Shown here: in pieces, positions 40,568 through 41,650 of the stretch
Layout of the letters: each line of letters opens with the position of its first letter
Numbering within the stretch: the first letter of the stretch is position 1
IMG/VR virus record: IMGVR_UViG_2778261458_000005
Span: 1 to 41,650 of that record
DNA length: 41,650 nucleotides
Direction: 5' to 3' (one strand)
Source of the DNA: a virus
Lineage: Duplodnaviria > Heunggongvirae > Uroviricota > Caudoviricetes
The notes under the pieces: model-generated
The model's input: only the letters and a program-made list of their open reading frames with translations
Told to the model about the DNA's origin: nothing
Database searches by the model: none
Program-made: the position numbers and the translations under genes

Positions 40568-40642
40568 TGGTGTCCCCTGCAGGAATCGAACCTGCAATTA
40601 GCCCTTAGGAGGGGCTCGTTATATCCATTTAACTAAGAGGAC
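40568..40642 (-). tRNA. argW: tRNA-Arg, anticodon CCU
   Basis: Minus strand folds as a 75-nt tRNA (GTCCTCTTAGTTAAATGG...GGTTCGATTCCTGCAGGGGACACCA), anticodon loop CCTCCTAAG; matches E. coli argW as I recall it. Confidence 0.9.
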
Positions 40643-40717
40643 AATGCGGCATGAGTATACCCGCTAATGGACTGCGGGGTAAGTACGCTGCCGCTCGATT
40701 GCTTAAACCCTCGCCAT

Positions 40718-41650
40718 TTATGCCGGGTTTTTATCATTTTTCTTAATATTTTCCGCACGTTCTGCTTTTTGGCGTGCTTCTGCTTTGCGCTTGTTGCTCA
40801 TGTCGTTGCGGATCTGTGCATGACTCATTAACGCGAAGATAAAGGTGCCGCCGCAGATGTTCCCCGCTAAAGTAGGTAGTGCGAAGGGCCAGATGAAATC
40901 GCTCCAGTGCAGCGTACCGTTAAACACCAGATAGAGGATTTCAACAGAACCGACAACGATGTGAGTGGTGTCACCCAGGGCAATAAGCCAGGTCATCAAT
41001 ATAATCACCACAATCTTTGCCGCACCCGCTGCAGGAAACATCCAAACCATAGTGGCGATCAGCCAGCCGGAAATGATCGCGTTGGCAAACATCTCGCTGG
41101 GGGTGTTCTTCATCACATCCATGCCGATTTTGACAAATGCATCGCGAGTTTCTTCATTGAAGATTGGCATATATTCAAATGCCCACGCCGCAATACCTGT
41201 CCCGAGAATATTACCCAGCAGCACGACGCCCCATAACCGCATAAGTAAGCCAACGTTGCTTATTGTCGGTTTTTGCATGACGGGTAGTACCGCAGTCACG
41301 GTGTTTTCGGTAAATAATTGCTGGCGGGCCATAATGACGATAATAAAACCAAAGGTATAACCGAGATTCTCCAGCAAGAAACTGCCCGGCACACCTTCCA
41401 GTTCGACATGAAATATCCCTTTTGCCAGTAATGAAGCGCCCATCGACAGACCCGCCGCAATGGCTGACCACAGTAGCGCCATTGCGTCGCGTTCCAGCTC
41501 TTTTTCACCATCCTGGCGGATATGCTCATGAATTGCCATCGCCCGGGAGGGGAGTCGGTCTTCATCTATTTCTATTTTTTTGCCGCGCTCTTTTTCTTCG
41601 CTCTCAACTTCAATTTCGTCGCTGTGTTGATCAATTTTGTCGTTGTCCAT
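40718..41650 (-). CDS. yfdC: Formate/nitrite transporter family inner-membrane protein
   Basis: 310 aa with multiple TM helices; the K-12 neighbour of argW is yfdC; start codon is at the window edge. Confidence 0.85.
   Translation of the reverse strand: MDNDKIDQHSDEIEVESEEKERGKKIEIDEDRLPSRAMAIHEHIRQDGEKELERDAMALLWSAIAAGLSMGASLLAKGIFHVELEGVPGSFLLENLGYTFGFIIVIMARQQLFTENTVTAVLPVMQKPTISNVGLLMRLWGVVLLGNILGTGIAAWAFEYMPIFNEETRDAFVKIGMDVMKNTPSEMFANAIISGWLIATMVWMFPAAGAAKIVVIILMTWLIALGDTTHIVVGSVEILYLVFNGTLHWSDFIWPFALPTLAGNICGGTFIFALMSHAQIRNDMSNKRKAEARQKAERAENIKKNDKNPA

Noticed and set aside
1-41650. Insertion sequences or transposases
   Set aside because: No transposase-like ORF or terminal inverted repeats were seen; the only mobility genes are the tyrosine integrase, the excisionase and the HNH endonuclease.

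Overview
The window is almost entirely one mosaic temperate-phage genome of about 40 kb, read by eye and from the ORF track, integrated next to the host tRNA-Arg gene (argW-like, 40568..40642, minus strand) and the host formate/nitrite-transporter-family gene yfdC (40718..41650). The prophage is P22-like in its morphogenesis and immI modules: small and large terminase, portal, scaffold, coat, gp4/10/26/14/7/20/16, then mnt-arc-ant with readable Omnt/Oarc operators, then a tailspike. Its early and lysis modules are lambda-like: N with P22-type nutL/nutR boxB, an S24-peptidase repressor, cro, cII with oop antisense RNA, O-like initiator and DnaB-type helicase, NinB/NinE/NinF/NinG/phosphatase, Q, two phage tRNAs, and S/R/Rz/Rz1. 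The integrase (P4/IntS type) sits beside the tRNA while the AlpA/TorI-type excisionase is at the opposite edge (1..201), so the far attachment site is probably just outside the window. The most interesting candidates for undescribed biology are: (1) an AT-rich cargo gene between integrase and tailspike encoding an alpha/beta-hydrolase-TPR fusion preceded by a near-consensus LexA (SOS) box; (2) a three-gene cluster at the sieA position (lipoprotein, HExxH protein, YjzC-like small protein); (3) a tailspike combining a P22 head-binding N-terminus with a C-terminal self-cleaving chaperone-like domain; (4) a 16-bp copy of the tRNA T-arm upstream of the excisionase gene. All protein family calls rest on motifs and on sequence remembered from P22, lambda and E. 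coli K-12; no database search was run. Several start codons are GTG/TTG, which the ORF track prints as M.
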